A stretch of 64,000 nucleotides of DNA from an uncultured Verrucomicrobiae bacterium (GCA_963812605.1 CAWEWF010000001.1:160001-224000); one strand, 5' to 3'; positions 9,074-18,694 are shown, counted from the first letter of the stretch. Program-made: numbers and translations. Notes: a model not told the origin generated them from the letters alone.

Positions 9074-11086
9074 GTGGAGAATGGTGTGTCAATGTACTGG
9101 GCGCACTGCATCTCCGGCACTGCCATGAGAAGAAAATCTCTCGCGAGAAACGAATCTAACGTCGGACCGGGCGAAAGCCGGAGCGCCGAGGATTTGCTGC
9201 GTTCCATTGCGGAAGGCACGGCGGCCGTAACCGGGACGGGGTTCTTTCGCTCCCTGGTCGAGCACGTCGCGACGGGCCTGAATGTGCACTTCGTGTTTAT
9301 CGCCGAATGCCTGCCCAACTTACGCGCTCGTTCCCTGGCGGTCTGGGCGGATGGAAAGTTCGGGGCCGATTTTGAATACGATTTGCCCGGCACTCCTTGC
9401 TTTGAGGTGACCGAAGGCCGCACGTGTCATTATCCGGACCACCTTCCGGAGCTATTCCCAAAAGGCAAAGCCATGATCGACTTGGGGATCCTGAGCTTTC
9501 TCGGTGTCCCGGTACGCGATTCCTTTCAACGTGTCGTTGGCCACCTGGTCATCATGGACGACAAGCCCATGCCGCGGGATCCGATCATTCTACCGGTCAT
9601 AGAGGTTTTTGCGGCTCGGGCCGGTGTGGAACTCGAGCGTGCGCGGGCTTTCAATGAACTGCATCGGCTCCATGAGGAGAGCGAGGAGCGCTTCCGCGAT
9701 CTGTTCGACGAGGCCCCCATTGCCTATGTGCACGAAGGCCTGGATTCTCGTTTTATTCGAGCAAACCGCGCCGCAATGAGGATTCTGGGAATCACTCCCG
9801 AGGAGGTTGCCGGCACATACGGTAAGTCGTTCGCGCCCGATACGCCCGATGCCCAACGGCGTATGCGCGAGGCATTCGAGTCAATCGGCCACGGGACGGA
9901 CACCAGCGGGATCGTGCTGGAACTGCGCCGTAAGGACAACGGGAAGCCGATTTGGGTTCAATGGTGGTCGAGGCCCGATCCGGGTGGGAGCTACACTCGC
10001 ACGATGCTCATCGATATCACGGAACAAGTGCTGATGGAGAAGGAGAAGGCGCGACTCGAGGCACAGAACAAATATTTGCAGGAGGAGATCCGGGCCGAAC
10101 ACAACTTTACCGAGATCGTTGGCAACAGCCCGAAACTGCGAGCCGTGCTTCAGCAGGTTGAGCAGGTCGCATCGACCGATTCCACCGCGCTGATCTATGG
10201 TGAGACTGGCACGGGCAAGGAACTCGTCGCCCGCGCCATCCACAATCGCAGCCCCCGCAAAGAACGACCGCTCGTCAAGGTGAACTGCGGGGCGATTTCC
10301 GCAGGTCTGGTCGAGAGCGAACTCTTCGGTCACGTCAAGGGCGCGTTTACGGGCGCGCTTACCAGCCGCGACGGACGCTTTAAGGTCGCCGACGGCGGCA
10401 CAATCTTCCTCGACGAAGTCGGCGAACTGCCCCTGGAAACACAGGTGAAACTGCTGCGGGTGCTGCAAGAGCAGGAGTTTGAGCCGATCGGCAGCGATAA
10501 GTCCGTTCGCGTGGATGTGCGCATCATTGCCGCGACCAGCCGCAATCTTGACGAGATGGTTCGCGCAGGAAAATTCCGCGCAGACCTCCTCTACCGCCTG
10601 AACGTGTTTCCCATTCATGTCCCGCCGCTGCGTGAGCGACAAGGCGATGTGCCCCTGCTGGTGACATTTTTCCTGCAGCGTTTGGCCAAAAAGCTCGGCA
10701 AAAGAGTGACGCAAGTCTCTGAGGAGACAATGCAGCACCTGGTAGCCTATCCGTGGCCCGGCAATATCCGGGAACTGCAGAATGTCATCGAACGCGCTTT
10801 GATTCTCAGTAAGGGGGCTGTCCTCGCGCTTGATCGCGACTTTCAGCCTGCGGTGACAACGTCGTCTTCGCCCGTATCCGCAACATCAAGCCCGGCGACT
10901 TCCGCACCCCCAACTGCTTCCCTCAAAGACGCCGAACAGCGGCACATCGAGTCCGTACTCGCTCAGGCCGGCTGGGTGATCGAAGGCGAGCGCGGCGCGG
11001 CGAAGATGTTGAAACTACACCCGAACACGTTGCGCAGCCGCATGAAAAAGCTCGGAATTCAACGGCCACACGATCCGGCAGCGTAA
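9074..11086 (+). CDS. GAF-PAS-AAA+-HTH sigma54-dependent activator (bEBP)
   Basis: GETGTGKE, ESELFGHVKGAFTGA, FLDEVGE, WPGNIRELQN, C-terminal HTH; start may be a later ATG. Confidence 0.95.
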   Translation: MENGVSMYWAHCISGTAMRRKSLARNESNVGPGESRSAEDLLRSIAEGTAAVTGTGFFRSLVEHVATGLNVHFVFIAECLPNLRARSLAVWADGKFGADFEYDLPGTPCFEVTEGRTCHYPDHLPELFPKGKAMIDLGILSFLGVPVRDSFQRVVGHLVIMDDKPMPRDPIILPVIEVFAARAGVELERARAFNELHRLHEESEERFRDLFDEAPIAYVHEGLDSRFIRANRAAMRILGITPEEVAGTYGKSFAPDTPDAQRRMREAFESIGHGTDTSGIVLELRRKDNGKPIWVQWWSRPDPGGSYTRTMLIDITEQVLMEKEKARLEAQNKYLQEEIRAEHNFTEIVGNSPKLRAVLQQVEQVASTDSTALIYGETGTGKELVARAIHNRSPRKERPLVKVNCGAISAGLVESELFGHVKGAFTGALTSRDGRFKVADGGTIFLDEVGELPLETQVKLLRVLQEQEFEPIGSDKSVRVDVRIIAATSRNLDEMVRAGKFRADLLYRLNVFPIHVPPLRERQGDVPLLVTFFLQRLAKKLGKRVTQVSEETMQHLVAYPWPGNIRELQNVIERALILSKGAVLALDRDFQPAVTTSSSPVSATSSPATSAPPTASLKDAEQRHIESVLAQAGWVIEGERGAAKMLKLHPNTLRSRMKKLGIQRPHDPAA

Positions 11087-11093
11087 TGGATCG

Positions 11094-11363
11094 TCAATTC
11101 TTGCCTGCGGACTTGAGTTGCTCGTTGAGAAATGGCGAACAACCCCTTATCGACACGCTCCGTCGGCGCAAATCCAGCAACAGCGCCACTCCCTTTTTAT
11201 CCGCAAATGTTGCCTCAGTAACATCAAGGGTAAGCAGACGCCCCTGATTCAGAAGTTCCTCAATCGTCTTCTGCAACTCCTCCACCCACGGGCCAACGAT
11301 CTGGCCCTCAAGGCGAAGCGTCACGGCTGGTTCGTCGGATTCAGCACTGGAAATCCGTAGCAT
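11094..11363 (-). CDS. STAS-like protein
   Basis: TLRLEGQIVGPWVEEL, LDVTEATFADKKGVALL. Confidence 0.8.
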   Translation of the reverse strand: MLRISSAESDEPAVTLRLEGQIVGPWVEELQKTIEELLNQGRLLTLDVTEATFADKKGVALLLDLRRRSVSIRGCSPFLNEQLKSAGKN

Positions 11364-11368
11364 ATCCC

Positions 11369-11962
11369 TTACCCCCTTGATGATCTCTTGTCATGGTCCT
11401 TGCCCCAAGTTGGCGCAAGCGCTTTGCGCAATTGTGTGCGAGCGCGATGGAGCATCACCCATAGATTACTTTCCGAGATGTTGAGCGTGGCGCAAATCTC
11501 GCTCCCGGAACATTCCTCGATCTCATACAGTTGAAACGCCTGTGCGATGCGCGGCGGCAGGTTACCCAGCGCCAATTCGAGCGCCGCACGAAACTCCTGC
11601 AATTCCATCCGCCGGTCCGGAGTGAGACACTGCGCGGCCGATTCATGCAGCCAGACCAGCGATTCATCCATGTCGTCCACATCAGAGCCCCTATCCCGTC
11701 TGAGGTCTGCGAGTCGTGGATGACGGCACTTGGCTCGCAGACGGTCGCAAATCTTGTGTCGCAGGATACTAACGAGCCAGGTTCGTTCGCTGCACTGGCC
11801 AGCAAAGCGATCGCGTGACTTGAACGCCGCCAAAAAGGTCTCCTGCACCAGATCTTCGGCCTCGCTGGCATCGCGAAGCTGGCCGACGGCAAAATTGAAG
11901 AGAAAATCTCCGTACAAGTCCAGCCAATGGGCAGGGTTTGTACGGGGGGATTTCTCCTTCAC
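11369..11962 (-). CDS. ECF sigma factor (B)
   Basis: AEDLVQETFLAA, ERTWLVSILRHKICD, NLWVMLHRARTQLR; GTG 11962 chosen because it lies downstream of the sigma54 promoter. Confidence 0.92.
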   Translation of the reverse strand: MKEKSPRTNPAHWLDLYGDFLFNFAVGQLRDASEAEDLVQETFLAAFKSRDRFAGQCSERTWLVSILRHKICDRLRAKCRHPRLADLRRDRGSDVDDMDESLVWLHESAAQCLTPDRRMELQEFRAALELALGNLPPRIAQAFQLYEIEECSGSEICATLNISESNLWVMLHRARTQLRKALAPTWGKDHDKRSSRG

Positions 11963-12009
11963 TCCCGGTCTCGCTGTTGCCGTGTTGCTGATCACGAGAA
12001 ATACCCCTT

Positions 12010-12025
12010 TGCAATGGCCGTGCCA
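12010..12025 (-). promoter_or_regulatory. sigma54 -24/-12 promoter
   Basis: TGGCACGGCCATTGCA matches TGGCACG-N4-TTGC(A/T) exactly. Confidence 0.8.
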
Positions 12026-12126
12026 CCATTGCGACGCAAAGTGCGGCACGGCCTTGCAGGGCCGAAATTTATTGGCTTATCAGCCCACGGATTTCTTCGC
12101 GTGGCTTTTCGTTGGTGGTCTTTGCC

Positions 12127-12164
12127 CAACAAGACTTCGTGGCTGCCCACGAAAGGTCGTGGGC
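12127..12164. promoter_or_regulatory. putative bEBP enhancer sites
   Basis: Perfect palindrome GCCCACGA-AAGG-TCGTGGGC (12145-12164) plus a degenerate copy 20 bp away; ~130-160 bp upstream of the predicted +1. Confidence 0.6.
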
Positions 12165-12176
12165 TGGGTGAGTGGG

Positions 12177-12473
12177 TTACGATTCCTTCCCGCTGAGTGA
12201 GCGGCTGATTCGGTCGCGAGCTTCGGGAGAAAGGCCCACGGAATCTGGAGTCTCTGCGTCGGCGGAATGGCTGTGCAGACTGATACGGAGCCGTTTCAAC
12301 TGGCTTTTGTATCGCGAGCACCACGCGCACATCGCGAGGTGGACGCGCAGCGTTACGCGCTCCCGCCATGCGAGCGGGCGCTCTGGCGCTTCGGAGAGTA
12401 TGCGTGTGACTTCGGCACACGGCAGAATGATGCGATGCAGCCAGTTAACAGCTTTCTTGTTCAATGTATTCAC
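12177..12473 (-). CDS. zf-HC2 zinc-binding anti-sigma factor, soluble
   Basis: CAEVTRILS..LRVHLAMCAWCSRY (HxxxCxxC); no TM helix. Confidence 0.88.
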   Translation of the reverse strand: MNTLNKKAVNWLHRIILPCAEVTRILSEAPERPLAWRERVTLRVHLAMCAWCSRYKSQLKRLRISLHSHSADAETPDSVGLSPEARDRISRSLSGKES

Positions 12474-12494
12474 TGTAGTCTCACTTAACGCCCA

Positions 12495-12524
12495 TTAGTC
12501 GCGGCACAGACTCAAGACCTTACA
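12495..12524 (-). promoter_or_regulatory. ECF-type promoter copy 2
   Basis: TGTAAG-N17-CGACTAA upstream of the anti-sigma gene. Confidence 0.7.
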
Positions 12525-12615
12525 ACTCTTTGAAAACGTTGGCCGCTATTCCTTATGCAAGCAGTCGGCCCTGTACTTTCTTAGGACCCAATCGCCATCT
12601 GGCTGCATCCGAACC

Positions 12616-13239
12616 GTGGATGCAACAACAAACGAGGGAAGTGTGCGCCGCAAATTCGCAGCCGTAACAGTAGCCGCGTTGATGGCGACAACAGGGGACA
12701 GCATCCGCCTCGCTGCGGCGCTCCGTCTCGTAAACCAGGATACACAAACGAACGCAGGGGAAATGGAAATCGCTACGTTCGGGGGAGGATGTTTCTGGAA
12801 CTTGGAGGCGGCGTTTCGACAGGTCAAAGGCGTCGCCGATACCGTGGTGGGCTACGCGGTCGGCGCAGGCAAAAGGCCCACGGGCGAAGCCATATGTCGG
12901 CCTCGCACCGATTCTGTTGAAGCGTGCCGCGTTACCTTCGATCCCACGCGGATTACCTACGAGCAATTGGTCAAATACTTCTTTGCGATTCACAATCCGA
13001 CACTCACAGGCGGTGCGGGCCCCTTCGTCGGTTCGCCCGGTCGGCTGATAATCTTCTTCCACAACGCCGAGCAGGAGAGGATTGCCACAGCCGTGATGGA
13101 AAGCCAGGCGCAACCGGAAAACAACCAGCGGTCCCCGCTTGTGCAGGTCCTTTCTGAAAGCGACTTCTGTCGCGCCGATGAGGCTGACCAGCGCTATTTG
13201 GAAAAACAAGGCTTGGCAAACTGTTCTGCGAAACGGTGA
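12616..13239 (+). CDS. msrA: degenerate peptide-methionine (S)-S-oxide reductase
   Basis: FGGGCFW, VTFDP, HNPT retained; several other motifs altered; start uncertain. Confidence 0.75.
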   Translation: MDATTNEGSVRRKFAAVTVAALMATTGDSIRLAAALRLVNQDTQTNAGEMEIATFGGGCFWNLEAAFRQVKGVADTVVGYAVGAGKRPTGEAICRPRTDSVEACRVTFDPTRITYEQLVKYFFAIHNPTLTGGAGPFVGSPGRLIIFFHNAEQERIATAVMESQAQPENNQRSPLVQVLSESDFCRADEADQRYLEKQGLANCSAKR

Positions 13240-13428
13240 GCGCACCGAAACCTGCGTAAGGATTCAATGGGAACATTCAGCTCGCAAACACTATCAGCGG
13301 TAATAAATTGACAATCAACCAACTTCAACGTCCCGCGAGGGTCGCGGGAACACGTCATACGGGAAATGTCGGTCAAAGTCGGAACCCAAAACGAAAAGCG
13401 AACATCACAAAACGTGAGGAACTATTTT

Positions 13429-14175
13429 ATGAGCAATACCACATCAAAAAAACTTGAAGGAAAAATCGCCGTCGTCACCGGCGGCAATTCGGGAATGGGC
13501 CTGGCCACGGCCAAGCGATTCGTGGCGGAAGGCGCGTACGTCTTCATCACCGGTCGCCGCCAAAGGGAACTGGACGCGGCGGTGAAAGAGATCGGCAGCA
13601 ACGTCACGGGCGTTCAGGGCGACATCGCCAACCTCGCCGACATCGACCGTCTTTACGAAACCATCAAAGCAGGCAAGGGCCGGATCGACGTCCTCTTCGC
13701 CAACGCCGGCATCGGCGAGTGGGTCCCCATGGGTTCGATCACGGAAGCGCATTTTGACAAAACCTTTGACGTCAATGTCAAAGGCACGCTCTTCACCGTC
13801 CAGAAAGCCCTGCCCCTGTTCAAGAATGGTGGATCGATCATCATGACCGGCTCCGTCGCAAGCGTGAAGGGATTCCAGAATTTTACCGTCTACAATGCGA
13901 CCAAAGCCGCCATCCGGTCGTTCGCCCGGTCATGGACGACAGACCTAAAAGGCCGAAACATCCGGGTCAACGTGCTGAGTCCGGGCCCGATCGACACGCC
14001 GATTATGGACCCCCTCCCGAAAGACGCCATCGCGCAGATTGTGTCCGTCGTCCCGATGGGCCGCATGGGCACAGCGGACGAAATCGCCAAGGTCGCCGTC
14101 TTCCTGGCATCGGACGATTCCAGCTTTGTCTCCGGCATCGAGCTGTTCGTCGACGGTGGCATCGCGCAAGTTTGA
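13429..14175 (+). CDS. short-chain dehydrogenase/reductase
   Basis: [16 protein letters not shown]. Confidence 0.95.
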   Translation: MSNTTSKKLEGKIAVVTGGNSGMGLATAKRFVAEGAYVFITGRRQRELDAAVKEIGSNVTGVQGDIANLADIDRLYETIKAGKGRIDVLFANAGIGEWVPMGSITEAHFDKTFDVNVKGTLFTVQKALPLFKNGGSIIMTGSVASVKGFQNFTVYNATKAAIRSFARSWTTDLKGRNIRVNVLSPGPIDTPIMDPLPKDAIAQIVSVVPMGRMGTADEIAKVAVFLASDDSSFVSGIELFVDGGIAQV

Positions 14176-14346
14176 AGATCAGTAGAAAGGGCCTGGCCGG
14201 ACTCTGAGGTCGGGGTCCCGCTTGTTTGTTTCTGCACCGTAAAACGGCCTTCAAGCCCGTTTACTTCTCACCGTCGGGGCGTAACCGAGTCAAGGCCGGC
14301 AATCGTGGGGGTACGCCCCCCGAAATCATGAGCGCAGGGAAATTTA

Positions 14347-14375
14347 AGTAAGGATTCGACCGCGACCGCGACAAA
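14347..14375 (+). promoter_or_regulatory. ECF-type promoter copy 3
   Basis: AGTAAG-N16-CGACAAA upstream of 14416. Confidence 0.6.
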
Positions 14376-14415
14376 CCATCGGAACAGCTAATTGGCAAAT
14401 AACCTGTGATTTGAC

Positions 14416-14739
14416 ATGAGCATCTGGAATTGGCACCTGTGTAATCTCTTTGGTGGAAACAAGCGTCACGACTTGGAACAAAACAAGTTCAAGTGTCCGG
14501 TCTGTGGCGAGATCGTTCCGGTCGGTGAACTGCGAGCACATGCCGCGACCGACAACCAGCGTTTTCAGGACGGTTTGGTCATCGCCCGGATCAAGCAGGA
14601 TCACCCCGAGTGGGTGGAGGCCGACGGTGCGTGTCCGAAATGCATCCAGTACTACCACCAAAGAGTTGCCGTTGAGAAGATCAAGCCCCACCCCCATCGG
14701 GACGCAGAACTCGGCACACCACCTGGGGCCCGAAGTTGA
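14416..14739 (+). CDS. small Cys/His metal-binding protein
   Basis: CPVC..H and HPEWVEADGACPKC. Confidence 0.65.
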   Translation: MSIWNWHLCNLFGGNKRHDLEQNKFKCPVCGEIVPVGELRAHAATDNQRFQDGLVIARIKQDHPEWVEADGACPKCIQYYHQRVAVEKIKPHPHRDAELGTPPGARS

Positions 14740-14800
14740 CTACATCAACGGCAATGTCCGCAGGAAGCGACGGCACCAATAAGATCGTCGAAAAGACATC

Positions 14801-15556
14801 ATGAAGAACGCGATTCTTTCTCTCCTACTGCTTGGGATGCTAATTGGCGGAGCACGCAACATGGCTTTTGGAGACAACTCTACGGATGAAGCGTTCGCTG
14901 TGGTGGAATTGTTCACATCCGAAGGGTGCTCGAGTTGTCCGCCCGCAGACAAGCTGCTCGCCGAGATTGCTAAAGACGCGAAGGAGAATGGTCGACGCGT
15001 CTTCCCGTTGGAGTATCACGTGGATTATTGGAATTACCTTGGATGGGCTGATCCGTTCAGTTCAGCCGCCTACTCCGATCGCCAGCAGGAGTACTGCCAC
15101 GTCCTTGGTGTGGACCAGATTTACACGCCGCAAATGATTGTGAATGGAAAGGAGGCGTTCGTCGGCTCGGATCGCACTCGTGCGCGTAAAACCGTGAATT
15201 CGGCTCTCTCCCTCCCAGCGAAGGTATCGGTGACGATCCGGGCCATTCCGGATGCCGACGGGTCCAAAATCGAGTATCGGGTTTCCAACACTCCAAAGAA
15301 TGCCTTGGTGTGCGTCGCGGTGGTTGAATCGGATTTGGCCAGTCAGGTGCGCCGTGGCGAAAACGCCGGCCGCACGTTGCCACACACGAATGTTGTTCGG
15401 GAATTCGCGGCTGTAGCACTTGATGGCAGCGGCCTGGGTGGCGTTAGCATCAAGACGAAGCTCTCGGCGCAAGATAAGAACAAGCAGGTCATCGTGTTCA
15501 TTCAAGATCGACGCACGCTGGCGATTCTAGGAGCGGCGAGTGTTGAACCATCCTAG
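14801..15556 (+). CDS. DUF1223 thioredoxin-like exported protein
   Basis: VVELFTSEGCSSCPPAD, HVDYWNYLGWADPF, YTPQ, GENAGRTL. Confidence 0.92.
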   Translation: MKNAILSLLLLGMLIGGARNMAFGDNSTDEAFAVVELFTSEGCSSCPPADKLLAEIAKDAKENGRRVFPLEYHVDYWNYLGWADPFSSAAYSDRQQEYCHVLGVDQIYTPQMIVNGKEAFVGSDRTRARKTVNSALSLPAKVSVTIRAIPDADGSKIEYRVSNTPKNALVCVAVVESDLASQVRRGENAGRTLPHTNVVREFAAVALDGSGLGGVSIKTKLSAQDKNKQVIVFIQDRRTLAILGAASVEPS

Positions 15557-15604
15557 TGCTCCAGCTTGAGCGCCGGTTCGGTTGCTCTGTCCCGATTGTC
15601 GCAC

Positions 15605-15633
15605 TGTAAGGTTTTCCCCGTTTCAGCGACTAA
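15605..15633 (+). promoter_or_regulatory. ECF-type promoter copy 4
   Basis: TGTAAG-N16-CGACTAA upstream of thioredoxin-ccdA. Confidence 0.75.
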
Positions 15634-15690
15634 GTTTGTGACTGACAGCGGGAAGAATGCGAAGGAACCGCAGACCCAAAGGGAAAAATC

Positions 15691-16161
15691 ATGCACGACA
15701 ATTTCGAAATGGAAAATCTGCTGCCCCGGGAAGTTCACGCCGGTAAACAATACCCGATTTGCCATCGCAAAATACTGGGCGGCTGCCTGCTGGCTGTCTT
15801 CGCCGCGGTATTCACCCTCTTCACTGTTGGCGCGGTTTCCGGCGAAATCCAACCCTACGGCGAGACTGCCTTCAAGGCGGCTACGTCCGGGGGAAAAACC
15901 GTGGTGCTCGACTTCCATGCCGACTGGTGCCCCGTCTGTAGAAAGCAGGGACCACTGCTTGAGAGCCTGGCTCAAGAGGACAAGCTCAAGAACGTCGTGG
16001 TGTTGAAAGTGGATTACGACGAAGAAAGGGCGCTCAAGAAGCAGCTCAAAATCCTCAGCCAGTCCACGCTGGTGGTTTTCAAAGGGGAGAAAGAGGTTGC
16101 CCGCGCCACCGGCGTCACGGACAAGGACCAGATTCGTGAACTGATTGAGAAAGGGCTTTGA
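15691..16161 (+). CDS. exported thioredoxin
   Basis: FHADWCPVC; hydrophobic N-terminal segment. Confidence 0.9.
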   Translation: MHDNFEMENLLPREVHAGKQYPICHRKILGGCLLAVFAAVFTLFTVGAVSGEIQPYGETAFKAATSGGKTVVLDFHADWCPVCRKQGPLLESLAQEDKLKNVVVLKVDYDEERALKKQLKILSQSTLVVFKGEKEVARATGVTDKDQIRELIEKGL

Positions 16162-16880
16162 GCATGTCGTCCTTGGTGCTCGCCGTCCTGGCGGGATTGC
16201 TGACTTCCCTCTCGCCATGCGTGATTCCAGTATTGCCTCTGGTGGTAGGGAGCGCCGCCTCGCGTCATCGCCTTGGACCAGTGGCGCTGTGCGCCGGGCT
16301 GGTTGTGTCCTTCAGCGTTCTCGGTGTGGCTGTGGCGCTGGCCGTCAGGGCATTTGGATTCGATCCTGGCACTATCCGGATTGGGGGCGCGGTGCTCTTA
16401 CTATTGTTGGGTGCAGTCTTGCTCGTACCGAGAGCACAGGAGTTTCTTTCCAGCTTGCTCGCGCCCTTCGCATCACTCACGAGCCGCATAGCGCCCCAAG
16501 GAGACCGGGCTGGTCTTACGGGCAATTTTCTTACCGGAATGCTACTCGGCGCAATCTGGAGCCCATGCGCCGGACCGACACTGGGCGCGGCGATCGGTCT
16601 GGCCACGCAGGCGAAGACATCCCTGCAAGGCTTTGTACTCATGTTTGGGTTCGGGAGCGGCGCCAGCCTGCCGTTGCTCGCGGTGGCTTATGGTTCGCGC
16701 ACGCTCTTTCAGAAGAACAAGGGCTGGCTGATCGGGGTATCGGAGAGAATCAAGCCTGTCTTTGGCGCGATTCTCTTGGTGATGTCGGTGGGCGTATTGA
16801 GTGGCTACGACAAGAAGCTCGAATCGGCGGTTCTTCGCCATCTCCCCGATTCATGGGTGGACCTCACGACCCGGTATTGA
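16158..16880 (+). CDS. ccdA: CcdA/DsbD-beta transmembrane electron carrier
   Basis: SLSPCVIPVLP and WSPCAGPTLG. Confidence 0.9.
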   Translation: MSMSSLVLAVLAGLLTSLSPCVIPVLPLVVGSAASRHRLGPVALCAGLVVSFSVLGVAVALAVRAFGFDPGTIRIGGAVLLLLLGAVLLVPRAQEFLSSLLAPFASLTSRIAPQGDRAGLTGNFLTGMLLGAIWSPCAGPTLGAAIGLATQAKTSLQGFVLMFGFGSGASLPLLAVAYGSRTLFQKNKGWLIGVSERIKPVFGAILLVMSVGVLSGYDKKLESAVLRHLPDSWVDLTTRY

Positions 16881-16954
16881 TTGGTCGCACACGTATCTTC
16901 AGAACCCTTAAAGTTCGTTTTGATTTTGCCCCACCCGCCAAAACGTTTATCAAT

Positions 16955-17257
16955 TTAGTGTGGCAATTTGTTGGCGAGCACGTCGAGCTTTTCGATTGAC
17001 GGCGGTTTCGCAAGTAGTTCGGGTGCCTTGGCCATCAAGGCGGCGGCAACCTGACCGGATAAATGCGCCTGACGACCCGCCTCGTCCGGAAATGCATCAA
17101 AAATACCGAAGGTTGACGCTCCAAACCGCACCGCGAACCATGCTGTGGTGGCGGGTTCCTGCTCGACGATGGCCAATCCGCCACGAAGGAATTTCTCGAC
17201 ATCCGTTTCCTTGCCCGGCTTTGCTTCCAATCGAACGAATAATGCGACATTTACCAT
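16955..17257 (-). CDS. ABM-domain (putative quinol) monooxygenase
   Basis: VRLEAKPGKE, FGIFDAFPDEAGRQAHL; SD GGAGG. Confidence 0.88.
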   Translation of the reverse strand: MVNVALFVRLEAKPGKETDVEKFLRGGLAIVEQEPATTAWFAVRFGASTFGIFDAFPDEAGRQAHLSGQVAAALMAKAPELLAKPPSIEKLDVLANKLPH

Positions 17258-17335
17258 TTGGTCCTCCTGCTCCTATGGAGCGTTTTTCTCTCGTTGCGTT
17301 ACCACTGATTTCCACTTTAACTCATCAAATAGCGT

Positions 17336-18313
17336 TCAAAGTGTCGGATACATTTTCGCGACGTAGTTGCCATAGCCGTTGAACGGCTGCGTCTTTACCC
17401 GGTCACCGGTGTCGATCAGACGCTCCGTCGCCTGTGACCAACGTGGATGAGGAACCTTGGGATTGACGTTTGACTCAAATGGGTATTCATCTGGGGCCAG
17501 CGTCTCCCAGAACGTGGTCGGTTGTTTGTCCACGAACTCGATTTTCACGATTGATTTGATGCTCTTGTAGCCGTACTTCCACGGAACCACGAGCCGCAGT
17601 GGCGCGCCGTGCTGTTTGGGCAGCGGTTTGCCGTAAATCCCGCTCGCCATAAGTGTTAGCGGGTGCATTGCTTCATCCAGACGTAAGCCCTCCTGATAGG
17701 GCCAGGGATACTGGGGTGTACTTGCCATGCCGGGTGCTTGATCAGGCCGGTTGAATGTTTCGAAGTGAACGAACTTCGCTTCCGGTTTGGGTATGACCTT
17801 TTCGATGAGCTTGCTCAACGGAAATCCCGTCCATGGTACAATTATCGCCCACGCTTCGACGCAGCGCAGCCGATAGACGCGCTCCTCCAGATCGAACATA
17901 TCGACAAGTTCCATTGAGTCGAGCGTCAGCGGCTTTTCAACCAAGCCGGTAATTTGTAGGGGCCATGGAGCCGGTACGAATCTGCCCACGAAGCGGAATG
18001 CATCCTTGTCGGGCGAAAACTCGTAGAAATTGTTGTAGGTGCTTGCAGCTTTCTCATTCGTGAGTCGCCAGTCGGGACTGAATTCTTGATTTCGCTTCGC
18101 CGGATAACCTTTTGCGGGTATCGTCGGGCCGGTGTCTGCGGAGTTGCTGTCCGATGGTTCGGATCTGCCGCAGCCAAGCAACGTCCCCGCCACCAGGGCT
18201 GCGCCCGCGAAACCGAGTTGCCGCAAGAACTGGCGTCGGTTCAGGAATGCCGCTTCGGGCGTGACTGATCGCTCGGGTAAATGCCACGCCGGTCGATGGA
18301 TGATGTTCGCCAT
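17336..18313 (-). CDS. msrP: periplasmic molybdo-methionine sulfoxide reductase catalytic subunit
   Basis: Tat motif NRRQFL, YNNFYEF, RLRCVEAW, HGAPLRLVVPWKYGYKSIK, HPRWSQATER. Confidence 0.95.
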   Translation of the reverse strand: MANIIHRPAWHLPERSVTPEAAFLNRRQFLRQLGFAGAALVAGTLLGCGRSEPSDSNSADTGPTIPAKGYPAKRNQEFSPDWRLTNEKAASTYNNFYEFSPDKDAFRFVGRFVPAPWPLQITGLVEKPLTLDSMELVDMFDLEERVYRLRCVEAWAIIVPWTGFPLSKLIEKVIPKPEAKFVHFETFNRPDQAPGMASTPQYPWPYQEGLRLDEAMHPLTLMASGIYGKPLPKQHGAPLRLVVPWKYGYKSIKSIVKIEFVDKQPTTFWETLAPDEYPFESNVNPKVPHPRWSQATERLIDTGDRVKTQPFNGYGNYVAKMYPTL

Positions 18314-18319
18314 GGAAAG

Positions 18320-18694
18320 CTACCGCTTCTGACCCAACCAGAGGAACAACATTGGAATGATGCATCCCAACGACAACGATGCCCAGACGAGCCATTTTTT
18401 CGGCTGAAAACGCACCGCCAAGACGACGCCCAATGCCACCGTGACGATCAGTGCGATAGCCATGGCGACGACCAACCCCCGAAACAACGACGGCGAATAG
18501 GCGCTGGCGGACTCAGTCGGGTAAATTTGATCCACGTGCACGGACGTCAGCCGCGCTTTCCAATCGCCTAGGTCGCCCGTTCCCTTGTGCCGGTTCGGAG
18601 TGACAGTTTGATACCAGCCGGTCAGCACAAAGAACAACAGCAGCGGCGCGAAGAAACATCCAAGATACGCGTGCAGACGGCGCAAGGCTTTCAT
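18320..18694 (-). CDS. small PepSY-associated-TM-like membrane protein
   Basis: RRLHAYLGCFFAPLLLFFVLTG N-terminus, later LTSVH, three hydrophobic helices. Confidence 0.75.
   Translation of the reverse strand: MKALRRLHAYLGCFFAPLLLFFVLTGWYQTVTPNRHKGTGDLGDWKARLTSVHVDQIYPTESASAYSPSLFRGLVVAMAIALIVTVALGVVLAVRFQPKKWLVWASLSLGCIIPMLFLWLGQKR

Noticed and set aside
12044-12058. Plus-strand sigma54-like GGCACGGCCTTGCA
   Set aside because: GG-GC spacing is 9, not 10, and no sense gene follows
13255-13285. Sixth ECF motif (CGTAAGG) before the SDR gene
   Set aside because: No CGAC box at the expected spacing
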